Notes under the pieces: generated by a model
Database searches by the model: none
Told to the model about the DNA's origin: nothing
What the model saw: the letters and a program-made list of their open reading frames with translations, nothing else
Part shown: piece after piece, positions 30,932-41,908 of the stretch
Position numbering within the stretch: the stretch's first letter is position 1
Layout of the letters: every line of letters starts with the position of its first letter
NCBI GenBank assembly: GCA_965657355.1
Contig: CBFHOE010000010.1
Coordinates: forward strand, 43,795 to 107,794
Direction of reading: 5' to 3'
Source: Limisphaerales bacterium
GTDB lineage: Bacteria > Verrucomicrobiota > Verrucomicrobiia > Limisphaerales > JAJOIW01
DNA: 64,000 bases
Made by a program: the position numbers and the translations under genes

Positions 30932-32977
30932 GTGCCAATGCTGGGAAGCAAAAAATTACTAATGAGCCTGAAAAATTTTCAGATGAATTTGAGGATACTT
31001 GAGTTATTTCCGCTCTCCTTCCTCTTAGTCTTACTGTGCTCTTGTGGGAAACCCCCGATGGCAGAGTTTCGTGAAGGTGAAAAATTATTGGCTCAAGGGA
31101 AATACGTAGAAGCGGCACAATCACTAGAAAGGGCAGCCCAGGCCCTAGATTCAAATGTAGACGCATGGAACAAGTTTGGTCTGGCGCTGCAATACCAGAA
31201 CAAATTGCTTGAAGCCCAATCGGCATACCAAAAAGCCTTAAAAATAGATTCAACCTTCCCTGATACTTACTACAACCTCGGGAATTTATTTCTGGATATG
31301 AATGAGCTTGAGGATGCGATAAAGCACCTTCAAAACTTCACGTTCATGGTGCAAGAGCCGCATGGTTACCTCGCGCTGGCCATCGCCCAAAGAAAAAATA
31401 ATCAAATTAACGAAGCGCTCATGAGCCTGAAAGCTGCTGAAGCACTCGACAAAGAAGATTTAAAGATAAAGCATGAGATGGCTCTGGCATACTACGAAGA
31501 CAATAAACCAGATGTCGCGATGAGATATTTATCGGAGATCATGGAGTCGGATTCCAACTTCGCTCCCGCCGTCCTGACAATGGCTATCATATCTCAAAAT
31601 ATAACCACGAACATCACAACGACTATTGATTACTATCAGAAGTATTTAGCTCTGAACCCTCCACAGGATAAGGCGGACCAAGTTAAAGCATTGCTGGATT
31701 CATTCAAAAACACGAAAGTTGGAGAAGATCCAGTATCAGCTACAGAGAATCAAACGGAGACCATCATTGGGACCAATGATCTGGAGGTTGCTGAAGTTCC
31801 TGTTACAGCGAACAATCCTGATAACAATTTGGAACCTGAGAATGCCGTTGAAAATATCGATGATAACCCAACCATCAATGACACATTGGACCCAAGGGTT
31901 GCGATATTAGGTCTCGCCAAACCTGAAACTGAAATAAAGCCGAAAACATTACAAATCAAGCCGGCAATTCCTCAAGCGCGTGGGGTATCCAAAGAGGTAG
32001 ATGGAAAAGAGTTTCCGCTCATTCCTATTGATCCGGCGCCAACCATGCCTGAAATGGAGCCGACTAAAGATGTCGCATTGAACTATCCTTATGAAGAAAT
32101 CCAGGAGCTTTTGAAGTCAAACGAACAAGTGCTCGCCGCATATGGCCTGTCAATTGCCAAATCACCAGAAACTGCTCCCGAAGGATTTTACAGGAATAGG
32201 CCTATTCCCGAAGGAATAACTCCACTAGAGCCATTGAAATTGCCCGATAGTGATGCTCTCCTTCGACTATCCAATGGAAATACAACTACTTTAAGCGAAC
32301 CAATAGAAACAAATCCTATCGAGCAAGAATCGGGGACTGTAGCTGAGGTTGAAGTGACCTCAAACAACGAACTTACAGAACAACCCGATCCCATCGAACA
32401 AGAAGTCGAAAAAGTTAACATTTCTGTAAAGCAACCTCTAGACCTCTCGTCTTTCCCGAAATACCAATTTGAAAAACCTTCAACGCCGTCAGAGGGTGAC
32501 CGTTATGGAGCACGCCCATTTTTCTTGGACGGAGTCCAGGCGTATAAAGCAAACCAAATCCCACTTGCGATTAACTTTTTTGAAGATGCAGTTAATAAGG
32601 ATCCTGCCTACTTCGAAGCGCACTTCAATCTGGGCATTCTTTATTTACAAGCTAATTTGCCCGAAAAATCAATGCCTGCTTTGGAAAGGGCTCAATCGAT
32701 TAGGCCCTCTGAATTTGAGGTAAATTATCATATTGGGAGAGCCTTGAGTAAACTCGGAAATGCTGGCGACGCTATTGAACAATTTGAAAAAGTAATATCC
32801 GAAAACCCAAACCACATAGGGGCACACTTCGGACTGGCAAAGACCTATGACGAACAGGTTAAAGATTTAGGTAAAGCTGGAATGTATTACAAAAAAATTA
32901 TTGAGATCCAACCAGACCACCCTGAAAGCACGAATATCAGGTATTGGATCAAGGCAAACAGTATAGACGATAAATAG
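30932..32977 (+). CDS. TPR lipoprotein with two TPR blocks and a Pro/Glu-rich linker (start probably ATG 30983)
   Basis: LLCSC lipobox-like; YYNLG, AHFNLG, AHFGLA TPR motifs. Confidence 0.85.
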   Translation: MPMLGSKKLLMSLKNFQMNLRILELFPLSFLLVLLCSCGKPPMAEFREGEKLLAQGKYVEAAQSLERAAQALDSNVDAWNKFGLALQYQNKLLEAQSAYQKALKIDSTFPDTYYNLGNLFLDMNELEDAIKHLQNFTFMVQEPHGYLALAIAQRKNNQINEALMSLKAAEALDKEDLKIKHEMALAYYEDNKPDVAMRYLSEIMESDSNFAPAVLTMAIISQNITTNITTTIDYYQKYLALNPPQDKADQVKALLDSFKNTKVGEDPVSATENQTETIIGTNDLEVAEVPVTANNPDNNLEPENAVENIDDNPTINDTLDPRVAILGLAKPETEIKPKTLQIKPAIPQARGVSKEVDGKEFPLIPIDPAPTMPEMEPTKDVALNYPYEEIQELLKSNEQVLAAYGLSIAKSPETAPEGFYRNRPIPEGITPLEPLKLPDSDALLRLSNGNTTTLSEPIETNPIEQESGTVAEVEVTSNNELTEQPDPIEQEVEKVNISVKQPLDLSSFPKYQFEKPSTPSEGDRYGARPFFLDGVQAYKANQIPLAINFFEDAVNKDPAYFEAHFNLGILYLQANLPEKSMPALERAQSIRPSEFEVNYHIGRALSKLGNAGDAIEQFEKVISENPNHIGAHFGLAKTYDEQVKDLGKAGMYYKKIIEIQPDHPESTNIRYWIKANSIDDK

Positions 32978-33025
32978 ACTGTGCCACCCTCAGTAAACTT
33001 CAAAACTTTAAGCCCATACAATCAT

Positions 33026-33066
33026 AAAAAAACCCAATGGTTCCATGTATTTTAGAACCATCAGGT
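33026..33066 (-). terminator. Probable intrinsic terminator of the NIPSNAP gene
   Basis: Minus strand acctgatggttc-loop-gaaccattgggt followed by a T run. Confidence 0.55.
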
Positions 33067-33102
33067 CATATTGTCTAAATCAAATAATTTCTAAACGAGA
33101 AA

Positions 33103-33885
33103 TTAAAGCTGGCTATACGGTTTTGCCACCAAGAAAGTTTGATGAATCTTTGAAACAGTTTGAGCGTATTGTTCTTCTTTACTCATCGCCTTCCAATCCG
33201 GATGGTCTATGAATTTTTTCCAGTTAGCATCTCTTTCCTCCATATCTTTGAAGGAGGCCATGTAAACCAGATTTGGAGCGTTTTTACCCGCTAGCACGTG
33301 CCCAAAGAAAATACCATCCAATCCTGTTTTATTAAAAATATCAATTTCACCATCATTAAACATTTGAACCTTCATCAGGCCTTTATACTCGCTAAAACTT
33401 TCATAGTCTCTGAGTTCGTATAGTTTGTCACCATCATGCGCTTTGGTTGCCTTAGGCCAGCCTGAAAAAGCTCCCATCAGAGTGATTTCAATCCTCTCAT
33501 AAGCCTTCTGTTTTTTATTTTCTAGAAAAAGGTATTCAGCGCCATCGTTATGAAACTGAGTATCAGCAACAAGATTCGCTCCGTAGGTTGAGTAATGGTC
33601 TAATGAATTGAATGGCACGAGAGCCCATATATGCAAACCATCCTTTTCTTTATCATGTGCCTCCCATACACCGACGTTTTTTACATCCATACGGTTTAAT
33701 GCAGGTATCAGGGCAGTCTTTAAATATTGGCTTACTTGATCGTGTTGTGCCTTATTACTGCATACATATTTCCTAAGCTCCAATATTTGCTGATGATGAT
33801 CGGCCCGAAGGTTTGCAGCAGATAACGCAAATACCATGGCAAGAGCTGTAAGTGACAGAGTCTTTTGTATTGGTTGAAATTTCAT
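33103..33885 (-). CDS. NIPSNAP-family protein, exported
   Basis: ELRKY and YELRDYES repeats, PNLVYM, PYSQL end; start moved to MKFQP because a signal peptide follows. Confidence 0.85.
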   Translation of the reverse strand: MKFQPIQKTLSLTALAMVFALSAANLRADHHQQILELRKYVCSNKAQHDQVSQYLKTALIPALNRMDVKNVGVWEAHDKEKDGLHIWALVPFNSLDHYSTYGANLVADTQFHNDGAEYLFLENKKQKAYERIEITLMGAFSGWPKATKAHDGDKLYELRDYESFSEYKGLMKVQMFNDGEIDIFNKTGLDGIFFGHVLAGKNAPNLVYMASFKDMEERDANWKKFIDHPDWKAMSKEEQYAQTVSKIHQTFLVAKPYSQL

Positions 33886-34194
33886 CGGTATCGATGATCC
33901 TACACCAACAACGGTTGTCAACGTGAATAAGCAGTTCTTATACATTAAAACCTCCAAGCGGCCTCCGCTTCAGAAAACTAGAAAGGTCGTCATTTACCAT
34001 ATTCGGTTATTCCGATTTGTGTTATTGCATCATCTTTGCCGCACCCCATAAACACCACTGGACTACTACTCAATTCCGATCACCTGGACCGACTGGTGAA
34101 TAACCTATAAAAAATAAATGCAATCTATCGGATTATGAAATCCACACGCAATGACGCCAACCACAATGGCTGCCAAAAATCCCATTTTACAGGT

Positions 34195-34881
34195 TCACAA
34201 TCTTGCCCTCTGGAGGCGGTCCAACTGCGTGGATGGAATGGCCTCATCGCAGTGGTTTGCTAAAATTCCCGTGGGGTTTTGGTCGAGTATTTTTTTGATA
34301 CTCTGGCTCAAAGCGGCCTCATCAATATTTAGCCAAGGAAAGGGTTTCGTGACGCGCCATTTATAATTAACCACGAGATCACCAGAAAAAAGCAATCTAC
34401 TTTCGGTCATTAAATAACTGAGGTGCCCTTTGGTATGCCCGGGTGTATGAATAGCTTTTAGGCCACCGAGACAATCAATGATGTGTCCATCATTAATATA
34501 TCTATCAGGCTCACATGGGGTATACCCAAAAAGCGCCCTTCCTGTAAGTTCCAATCCTCCGCAAACCTTGGATAACCCTTTGTATGGATATTTACCGAGA
34601 AAATTTTCTTTGTCTCCAATATGGGCCACGATTGGCGCTTCGGAGAGTCGTTGAATGCCTGAAAGGTTATAAGCGTGGTCCAGATGACCGTGAGTCATAA
34701 GAATAGCTCTCAAGCCGCACCACTCTATACCCAATTCGCTTATCGTTTTGTTTAATTGGTGCAAATCGCCAACAAACCCTGAATCGATTAACCACCAGTG
34801 AGGAGAATCAATAAGCAGATAGAAATTTGACATAGATCCACGAATCTGGATGACGTTATTCGTTATTCTGGTGAAGCTCAT
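34195..34881 (-). CDS. MBL-fold metallo-hydrolase
   Basis: THGHLDH, HTPGHT, FSGD. Confidence 0.92.
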   Translation of the reverse strand: MSFTRITNNVIQIRGSMSNFYLLIDSPHWWLIDSGFVGDLHQLNKTISELGIEWCGLRAILMTHGHLDHAYNLSGIQRLSEAPIVAHIGDKENFLGKYPYKGLSKVCGGLELTGRALFGYTPCEPDRYINDGHIIDCLGGLKAIHTPGHTKGHLSYLMTESRLLFSGDLVVNYKWRVTKPFPWLNIDEAALSQSIKKILDQNPTGILANHCDEAIPSTQLDRLQRARL

Positions 34882-36116
34882 AAGTTCAAAACACTTTCAC
34901 TGGCAGAAACTCCAGCCAGCCTTCCGGTTGTCCAAGCAGCCTGAAAATTGAACCCCCCTGTGACTCCGTCAATATCCAAAACCTCACCAGCAAAAAACAA
35001 TCCCTTGGTGAACTTACTTTCCATGGACCTAAAGTCGACCTCCTTCAAACTTACGCCGCCACAAGTGACAAACTCATCCTTATTCATACTCTTACCCGAC
35101 ACAGAAAAAAGAGAAGAGGATATCTGCTCCACGAGATTCTTTAGTTGCTCTTTGTTTAATTGAGCCCACTGTTTTTTGGGCTCAATCTCTGAAGCCAGAA
35201 TTATTCTTTCCCAAATTCTTTTTGGGAGTGAAAACGGGCAACCACTTTCCAACCGTTTTGGACCATGTGATTTTCGAAATTCGTTCAATCTTTGCTGCGT
35301 TTCGTCTTGGCTTAAACCCCCAGTCCAATTGATTATGATTTGGAATTTATATTGAAGTTGCTGGAAATCTCTAGCCCCCAGAGAGGAAAGCTTTAAGATT
35401 GCGGGCCCGCTTAATCCCCAGTGAGTGACTAACATCGGACCTCTCGTTGTTAAACCTAAATCAGGGCAAGAAACGGCTACCTGGTTGACGCTAAGACCTT
35501 GTAGCCCATTAATTCTAGGATCTTTTATGTGAAAGGTAAAAAGAGAGGGTGAAAGCTTTGTGACCGTGTGTCCAAATTTTCGAGCTAATTTTAGACCTCC
35601 GCTCGACTGCCCACCACCGGTCGCAATAATTACCGTTTTCGACCTAATTGTATTTCCATCGGATAGAGACAATTCAAAACCTTCGCCTGTATCTATTTTT
35701 GCAAAGTTTTCAACCGCGACTTTGGTGAACAGATTGACCCCTCCGTTACTAAGACATTTATTAAAACAATCAATGATCGTTTGGGAAGAATCGGTTGTTG
35801 GAAAAATTCTTCCATCAGATTCAGTTTTTAGTGGAACATCATGGTTCTTAAACCATTCGACTGTATCGCTCGGTTGCCACCCGAAGAAAGGGCCAAGTAA
35901 TTCTTGCCCACCCCGCGGATAGAATTTTACAAGCTCTTTTGGCGTAAAGCAGGAATGTGTGACATTGCACCTACCACCACCTGAGATTTTAACTTTAGAA
36001 AGTAACTTACTCGACTTTTCATAGATAGATATTCGCAGTGAAGAGACATTCTCAATGGCAGAAATAGCAGCAAAGTAACCAGCCGCCCCACCCCCAATCA
36101 CTACGATATCCAACAT
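34878..36116 (-). CDS. HI0933/YhiN (BaiN/RdsA) flavoprotein
   Basis: GGGAAG, KVKISGGGRCNVT, THWGLSGP, GGFNFQAAW. Confidence 0.93.
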   Translation of the reverse strand: MLDIVVIGGGAAGYFAAISAIENVSSLRISIYEKSSKLLSKVKISGGGRCNVTHSCFTPKELVKFYPRGGQELLGPFFGWQPSDTVEWFKNHDVPLKTESDGRIFPTTDSSQTIIDCFNKCLSNGGVNLFTKVAVENFAKIDTGEGFELSLSDGNTIRSKTVIIATGGGQSSGGLKLARKFGHTVTKLSPSLFTFHIKDPRINGLQGLSVNQVAVSCPDLGLTTRGPMLVTHWGLSGPAILKLSSLGARDFQQLQYKFQIIINWTGGLSQDETQQRLNEFRKSHGPKRLESGCPFSLPKRIWERIILASEIEPKKQWAQLNKEQLKNLVEQISSSLFSVSGKSMNKDEFVTCGGVSLKEVDFRSMESKFTKGLFFAGEVLDIDGVTGGFNFQAAWTTGRLAGVSASESVLNL

Positions 36117-36134
36117 CTCACCTACAAAATTTAA

Positions 36135-36590
36135 TTAAGACCCTATAGAAGTCTGTTTCTCTATCAATGCCTTCAGATTTTTGAGATCTCGGGTTGCTCG
36201 ATTAGAGGCAGCATTCTTGAAAAAAAGCGCCATAAATCCTATGAAAAACTTTAGACTTCCCTTTGTATTAATTTCAGAAATCTGTTTCACCAAAGTCGAA
36301 CCATGCTTTGTAATTTGAAAATGAAATGCCACTTTCAAATCAAAATTTTCACCGTTTATCTTTAAAGAGTAAAGAAATGGAGAATGATAATCTGAAATTA
36401 TTCCATCAATGCCATTTTGGCCGCTTAATTGTTTTAGGAATGCGGTGAATACAGAGCCTTGTTTTGCTGGTGCTTTATCATGAAATTCTATGTGGGAAAT
36501 GTGCGAGCTCCATTCAGTGAAGTGCTCAGTAGTATAATCAAACACTTCTTTCATACCTCGTCGAATTTCGATGTTACCTTCCCATATCAT
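36135..36590 (-). CDS. SRPBCC/polyketide-cyclase-like protein
   Basis: IEIRR..EVFDY..W at N-terminus and DLKNLKALIE C-terminal helix. Confidence 0.7.
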   Translation of the reverse strand: MIWEGNIEIRRGMKEVFDYTTEHFTEWSSHISHIEFHDKAPAKQGSVFTAFLKQLSGQNGIDGIISDYHSPFLYSLKINGENFDLKVAFHFQITKHGSTLVKQISEINTKGSLKFFIGFMALFFKNAASNRATRDLKNLKALIEKQTSIGS

Positions 36591-36591
36591 T

Positions 36592-37506
36592 TTATTTATT
36601 TCGAATATCCAACCAAAATTTCATTGTCTTAGAGACGAGTTCAGGCTTATCGATATGTGACCAATGCCCAGCATCTGGGATAGTCACCAATGTATAATCC
36701 TCGTTAATCCAATCCCAGGTTCCGTTGAGACCATTTCTATGTAAAGCAGTGTCTTTCAGTCCATGAAATTGCAATACTGGCATCTCGACATTCGGCATAT
36801 CCCATTTCAAATCTGAATAAGGTGGTTTTGGATAATTCTGTCTATAATAATTCATCATTCCCAAAGTGCTAGATCTCTTGAAAGCTTCCAAATACCTCTG
36901 AGTCGTTTTTTCATCTCGACCGACAAACTTTGCTAAGCCTTCTATATTTATAAATTTATGTGATTCGGGCTTCTGAAAATTTCTCGCGTACTCAGCATTC
37001 GCATATTGTTCTTTATTATTTGCCAGCTCGCGTCTAAGCCCACGAGGGTGAGGGAGGTTTACTATGACCAAATTTTTGGTTGTCTCGGGATATGTTGTTG
37101 CGAATGTCCATGCGATCATCCCACCCCAATCATGGCCTACTATGATGGCTTCCTTACGATCTTCTGCGTCGACTACAGCTTTCACATCTTTGACAAGCAA
37201 ACCCATATCGTATTCTTCCTGCTCGGTAGGTTTACTGGATTGGTTATAACCGCGCGTATCCATGGCAACGACTCTGTATGAATCCATCAGAGTTGTCATT
37301 TGATGCCTCCATGTATACCAATAATCTGGAAATCCATGAATGAAAACAACGAGAGGTCCCTCTCCGGATGCCACATAATGAATCTTTGCATTGCCACTTT
37401 GAACATATTTATCTTCTAACAAAACGCCGTTAAGCTCTGCGGACGATGCAGTGACATATGGAAAGAGAATAGAAAAGAAACCGAATAGGATAAAGAAATG
37501 ACGCAT
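36592..37506 (-). CDS. Alpha/beta hydrolase, epoxide-hydrolase-like, with signal peptide
   Basis: HGFP, GHDWGG, AGHW. Confidence 0.9.
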   Translation of the reverse strand: MRHFFILFGFFSILFPYVTASSAELNGVLLEDKYVQSGNAKIHYVASGEGPLVVFIHGFPDYWYTWRHQMTTLMDSYRVVAMDTRGYNQSSKPTEQEEYDMGLLVKDVKAVVDAEDRKEAIIVGHDWGGMIAWTFATTYPETTKNLVIVNLPHPRGLRRELANNKEQYANAEYARNFQKPESHKFINIEGLAKFVGRDEKTTQRYLEAFKRSSTLGMMNYYRQNYPKPPYSDLKWDMPNVEMPVLQFHGLKDTALHRNGLNGTWDWINEDYTLVTIPDAGHWSHIDKPELVSKTMKFWLDIRNK

Positions 37507-37596
37507 GACTCAGAATATGAATGAGGTGCTTATCAATTTCAAGAGATCAAATTCAGATCCCAAATTGTTTTAGACCACACAAGTAGTGCGGTATAC

Positions 37597-37620
37597 AAAA
37601 CCTTTCACGCCGAAGGTTTT
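37597..37620 (-). terminator. Possible terminator hairpin
   Basis: aaaacctt-N8-aaggtttt immediately after the stop at 37622. Confidence 0.4.
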
Positions 37621-37621
37621 A

Positions 37622-38071
37622 TTATTCACTCAGCTCGTCTCCGGTATTTTGCAATAGAGAGGAAAGTTTAGAAAAAACTTGTCTCGGTTCGTTGGTCTTG
37701 TTTGATCGATTATAACAGATTGCAAATTCGAAAGCGTAAAGATCTTCTACATCCCCTGTCTCAAGGATGAGTGCCTTTGATTCGTTATCGTCTATTCGGA
37801 TTTGAGAATCATAGGCAAAGACATATGCCAGGCAATCCTTGTAATCACTCACAATAGCTTGCCGAGCGATCTCTCTTATTTCATCCACTTCGGCGTCTGT
37901 CTCAAACTGAAGAAAAGTGACTTCAGATCCATCATGGATAAAAAGGGAAGGATAAAAAACACCCGAATCTAATAGATCAGGAATAGCACTTTTTTCTGCA
38001 ACCTTGAGGAGGTGATCCTGCTCACTGGAGATTGAAATTTCCATTTTTTTGAAAAAAATTACGAATACCAC
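37622..38071 (-). CDS. Hypothetical acidic protein (start probably ATG 38044)
   Basis: ORF fills the gap; YVFAYD..LILE; no family recognised. Confidence 0.6.
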   Translation of the reverse strand: MVFVIFFKKMEISISSEQDHLLKVAEKSAIPDLLDSGVFYPSLFIHDGSEVTFLQFETDAEVDEIREIARQAIVSDYKDCLAYVFAYDSQIRIDDNESKALILETGDVEDLYAFEFAICYNRSNKTNEPRQVFSKLSSLLQNTGDELSE

Positions 38072-38322
38072 TTCCGAAAGTTAAAAGCCACGTGTCCTAG
38101 ACAGCATACCAATTCTGCAGTCGTCAAACTACGATCTTGTCGTTCCGGTCAAACAAAAAACTTAGCTCCTTTGACGATAAAATATCTTCTGCAAAGGCCG
38201 ATTTTGATTAAGCAAATGGTTTACTCCAGATATTTTTATTTTTCGAAAGGTATTCGGGTAAGATAAAGAATAAGGAATACGTTTCCTTAATGTCCAAATT
38301 GGGACAATTAAAAAACCCCATA

Positions 38323-39387
38323 TTAATTTTGGACCGGATAAGAGCCGAGTATTTTCATGAAATGGCAGCACTCTCTTAATTCCTCGATGGCATTAGACGT
38401 CGGAGGCTTATCAAAGTGGCCTACGAAATCGACAAAGAATATGTACTCCCATGCTTTTCGTTTACTTGGGCGGCTCTCGATCTTGGTCAAATTCAGATCG
38501 TGCTTCTGGAAAATTCTTAATGCAGTGTGGAGGGCTCCAACTTCATGCCTCAGCGAAAACATAAGACTCGTTCTATCGCTCGCTGTGGGCGGGCTGCATT
38601 TGCGTCCTAATACGAAAAACCGAGTCACATTTGATGGGTTGTCCTGTAAACTAGACTCCAAAATCTCAAGGCCATATGTCTGGGCAGCTAACGCACTGGC
38701 TATGGCCGCAGCTTTGGGAGTCTCAGATACCTTTTGAGCCGCTCTTGTTGTTGAGGAAGACTCTATGATTTCCGCCTGAGGTAAGTTTTGCATAATCCAC
38801 CCTCTGCATTGGGCCAATGCTTGAGGGTGCGTATATAAAACTTCAATTTCTGATCTCTTGAGGTTCCCAATTAAACAATGCTCTATGGGCATAACGATCT
38901 GAGCGACAATCTTAAGTTCGCTGTCTATAAACATATCGAGCGTATGGGTTACGACCCCTTCAGTCGAATTCTCAATCGGAACAACTCCGTAATCTGCCCT
39001 TTGATGAGATACTTCATTAAACACATCGGATATTGTTTTTTGAGCGGCATAATTAAGGCTCGCTCCAAACCTTTTCTTTGCAGCCTGATGTGTGAAGGTT
39101 GCTTCTGGTCCCAAATACGCGATAGTCATTGATTTTTCCAGAGAAAGCGATGTCGACATGATCTCTCTGTAGATGGCGCGCATTGATTCCGCAGGAACAG
39201 GCCCAGGATTGGCTCTGCACACTTTATCGAGCACGGCTAATTCTCTGTGCGGAGCATAAATCTCCTCACCCTGTGCCATTTTAATTTCACCGATGGCTAG
39301 GGCGTGCTTGGTTCGTTCATTGAGGGCGTGGATTATTTCTTTATCCAACTCATCAATTTTTTGCCGATGGTGTTCAAGGTCTGCCAT
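38323..39387 (-). CDS. pheA: Chorismate mutase/prephenate dehydratase (P-protein)
   Basis: R..ID.LD AroQ domain; [30 protein letters not shown]. Confidence 0.97.
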   Translation of the reverse strand: MADLEHHRQKIDELDKEIIHALNERTKHALAIGEIKMAQGEEIYAPHRELAVLDKVCRANPGPVPAESMRAIYREIMSTSLSLEKSMTIAYLGPEATFTHQAAKKRFGASLNYAAQKTISDVFNEVSHQRADYGVVPIENSTEGVVTHTLDMFIDSELKIVAQIVMPIEHCLIGNLKRSEIEVLYTHPQALAQCRGWIMQNLPQAEIIESSSTTRAAQKVSETPKAAAIASALAAQTYGLEILESSLQDNPSNVTRFFVLGRKCSPPTASDRTSLMFSLRHEVGALHTALRIFQKHDLNLTKIESRPSKRKAWEYIFFVDFVGHFDKPPTSNAIEELRECCHFMKILGSYPVQN

Positions 39388-40973
39388 AGTTGTTTAGAAC
39401 AAAGAGTGATAAATTGGACTGGATTAGTTGGATCTTCAATAGAATTCAGAGCCGATTTTAATTTTGACCATATTGTATTCGCCGTTTTTGATGCTGAGGG
39501 AGCCGGCTCATCCACTTCAGTGGGCACCAATTTCTCATCACTAACCCGCTCTCCGGCTTGACTAACCTCTTCCCGGGAAGTTTTAATATCTGGAATCCCT
39601 GATACGACCTCAATCTCAACGCTATCATCTCCATAGGTGAGCTTTATCTCACTCTCGCTGACCTTCTCAGCCGGTAATTCAGGATGAGAGGGGGATGGCA
39701 TTTCCGACTCTTCGGACTGCTTTTTAGGTTGTGCTTCGTCTAATATCTCACGACGACTATCACCTACTTCGTCTATGGCAGTTATTTCTTTGCTCTCCTG
39801 GTCGTTTTCGCAAAAATCTGGGCGAGAGTCATCTTCTTCCACATTTTTAACCTCATCAGCGGAAGCGGATTCACCTTTATCAATTTCAGATTCATCAGCT
39901 TCATTTTCCGGTGAATGGGAGACAGTTTCAATATCCTCGAGTTTTATTGCGGGTTCACGTGCTTCAAGAACAAAAGGCACTGGCAGCGAATGTTCTTTCT
40001 CCAAGCGACTTTTTTCATCCTCTATGAGATCTTCTTCTACGTCTGATTCTCCGCTGCCCTCTATCGTATGTTCGCTATCTTGATCCTGAGGAGTTTGACC
40101 ATCAGATTCTTTATCGTTACTTTGGTTTGACTGATTAATTATCTCTTCCTCAGTCGCAGATATTGAGACATCCTCTAGGCCAACAGCTAGCTTAGAAGCA
40201 TATTCAACCGAGTTATCTTCTTCATCCTCTTCTTCGACAAACTCCTCATCTTCAAGATCGTCAATGTCATTTTTGGATTCGTCTTCAGCTGGAGGCTCAT
40301 TGGGGGCGAGGTCGAGCGTATTTTCTATCCCCCACTCTGATAATTCATCAGGGTTAGATACTTTATGCAGGTTTTCAGGTGGCGCCTCCAAAGGAGTGTC
40401 AGGATCAGCATTAATGGTTTTTAACATACCTGAATCAGGAAGATCCAATAAGGACCCTAATCCAAAGTATTCAAGAAATAATTCGGTGGTCGCATAAAGT
40501 GATGGTTTTCCGGGTAAATCTGATTTTCCTTTTTCTTCGACAAGCCCACGCTCCATCAGTTTCCCCATGACACCATCGACAGAAACGCCACGAATTTTTT
40601 CTATTCCTGCCCTTGTTATAGGTTGCCTATACGCGATGATGGAAAGTGTTTCCAAAGAAGGCTGAGTAAGCCGAGTGGGTCTTTGCCTTCTCCCAAGCAA
40701 GACTTGAAGCCATGGATTAAATTCCTGGTTAGAATGGAATTGCCACTTTCCATTCACACACCTCAAATGGAATGAGCGGTTTAATTCCTCATATTCTGAG
40801 GAAAGTAATTTTATTTCTTTTTCAATTGCTCGCTCGCGAGTAGCAGCAAGTTTCTTAATCCAGGCTTCGTCGGAATTCTCTGCCGTATTTTTGATTATGC
40901 TCTTGATATCTCCAGGAGCTAAACCTCGCGGTGAGCTAAATAAAAGGCATTCTATAATTGATCGAAGTTCCAT
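39333..40973 (-). CDS. scpB: SMC-Scp subunit ScpB with ~360-aa acidic C-terminal extension
   Basis: [31 protein letters not shown]; follows scpA. Confidence 0.92.
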   Translation of the reverse strand: MELRSIIECLLFSSPRGLAPGDIKSIIKNTAENSDEAWIKKLAATRERAIEKEIKLLSSEYEELNRSFHLRCVNGKWQFHSNQEFNPWLQVLLGRRQRPTRLTQPSLETLSIIAYRQPITRAGIEKIRGVSVDGVMGKLMERGLVEEKGKSDLPGKPSLYATTELFLEYFGLGSLLDLPDSGMLKTINADPDTPLEAPPENLHKVSNPDELSEWGIENTLDLAPNEPPAEDESKNDIDDLEDEEFVEEEDEEDNSVEYASKLAVGLEDVSISATEEEIINQSNQSNDKESDGQTPQDQDSEHTIEGSGESDVEEDLIEDEKSRLEKEHSLPVPFVLEAREPAIKLEDIETVSHSPENEADESEIDKGESASADEVKNVEEDDSRPDFCENDQESKEITAIDEVGDSRREILDEAQPKKQSEESEMPSPSHPELPAEKVSESEIKLTYGDDSVEIEVVSGIPDIKTSREEVSQAGERVSDEKLVPTEVDEPAPSASKTANTIWSKLKSALNSIEDPTNPVQFITLCSKQLWQTLNTIGKKLMSWIKK

Positions 40974-40998
40974 AGATACTTGTGATTAACTTCCTCGA

Positions 40999-41778
40999 TT
41001 ATTCGAAAGTAAGTTCCTCCTGCCACTCCATGGGCGCTTCCCACCCTTCGGGCGATCGGTTGACTCTAATATCGGAAAAATGCCCATGCTGAGTAGCATG
41101 GACACGCTTCTGTTTTACCAATTCAAGAATGGCAAGGAACGTCGCTACAACTTCTGACCGAGTGGAAACGCCTTCAAACAAAGCAGTAAATTGCACGGTC
41201 CCTTCTTTTGTGAGCTTGTGGATGATAAATTCGATTTTCTCACTCACTGTGAATGGGTCTTGAACGATCTCAGAGACCCTCTCGAGTCGATGCTCATACC
41301 TTTCGAGAATAATTTCTAATGCTTTTAGTAAATCATTCACAGTAGCTTGTTGGCCTGATGGAGCTTCTATGACGCGAGGGAGATCCAGCTTGGATGGCTC
41401 CCGAGGATAAATTTTTTCCTCGCGCCGTTCGATTGTTTTGAGATGGTGGGAAGCGTCTTTGAATTTTTTATATTCTACCAACTGACGGATAAGTTCCCAC
41501 CTCGGGTCTAGCTCCTCATCGTCTTCCTCATCGATGACCTGTTGATCAATCGGCAGAAGCTCTTTGCTTTTGATATAAATCAAAGTAGCTGCCATCACGA
41601 TAAATTCCCCTGCGATGTCCAAATCGAGCGATTTCATGATTTCGACATACTCAATAAAATCTGTAGCCAGGCGAGTTAGGTTCACCTCATAGATATCAAC
41701 CTCTTGTCGCCTTACTAAATAGAGCAAAAGATCCAATGGACCTTCAAAAACTTCAAAACTGACCTGATATTCTGCCAT
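40999..41778 (-). CDS. scpA: Segregation/condensation protein ScpA
   Basis: FEGPLDLLLYL, MAATLIYIKSKELLP, TFLAILEL; start set at MAEYQV. Confidence 0.95.
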   Translation of the reverse strand: MAEYQVSFEVFEGPLDLLLYLVRRQEVDIYEVNLTRLATDFIEYVEIMKSLDLDIAGEFIVMAATLIYIKSKELLPIDQQVIDEEDDEELDPRWELIRQLVEYKKFKDASHHLKTIERREEKIYPREPSKLDLPRVIEAPSGQQATVNDLLKALEIILERYEHRLERVSEIVQDPFTVSEKIEFIIHKLTKEGTVQFTALFEGVSTRSEVVATFLAILELVKQKRVHATQHGHFSDIRVNRSPEGWEAPMEWQEELTFE

Positions 41779-41908
41779 ACATCCAATCCGGATTGTTTTC
41801 CCTTGGTGAGATGATGCCACAATTAGGATATCAATATCAACTTCCCATCGGAGGAGGAATTCCAGTCAATCGTAGAAAACCGACGAATTTTAGGTCTTTT
41901 TTTGATAT

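Noticed and set aside
38162..38371. 69-aa minus ORF overlapping the pheA end
   Set aside because: No motif; runs through an AT-rich region with hairpins.
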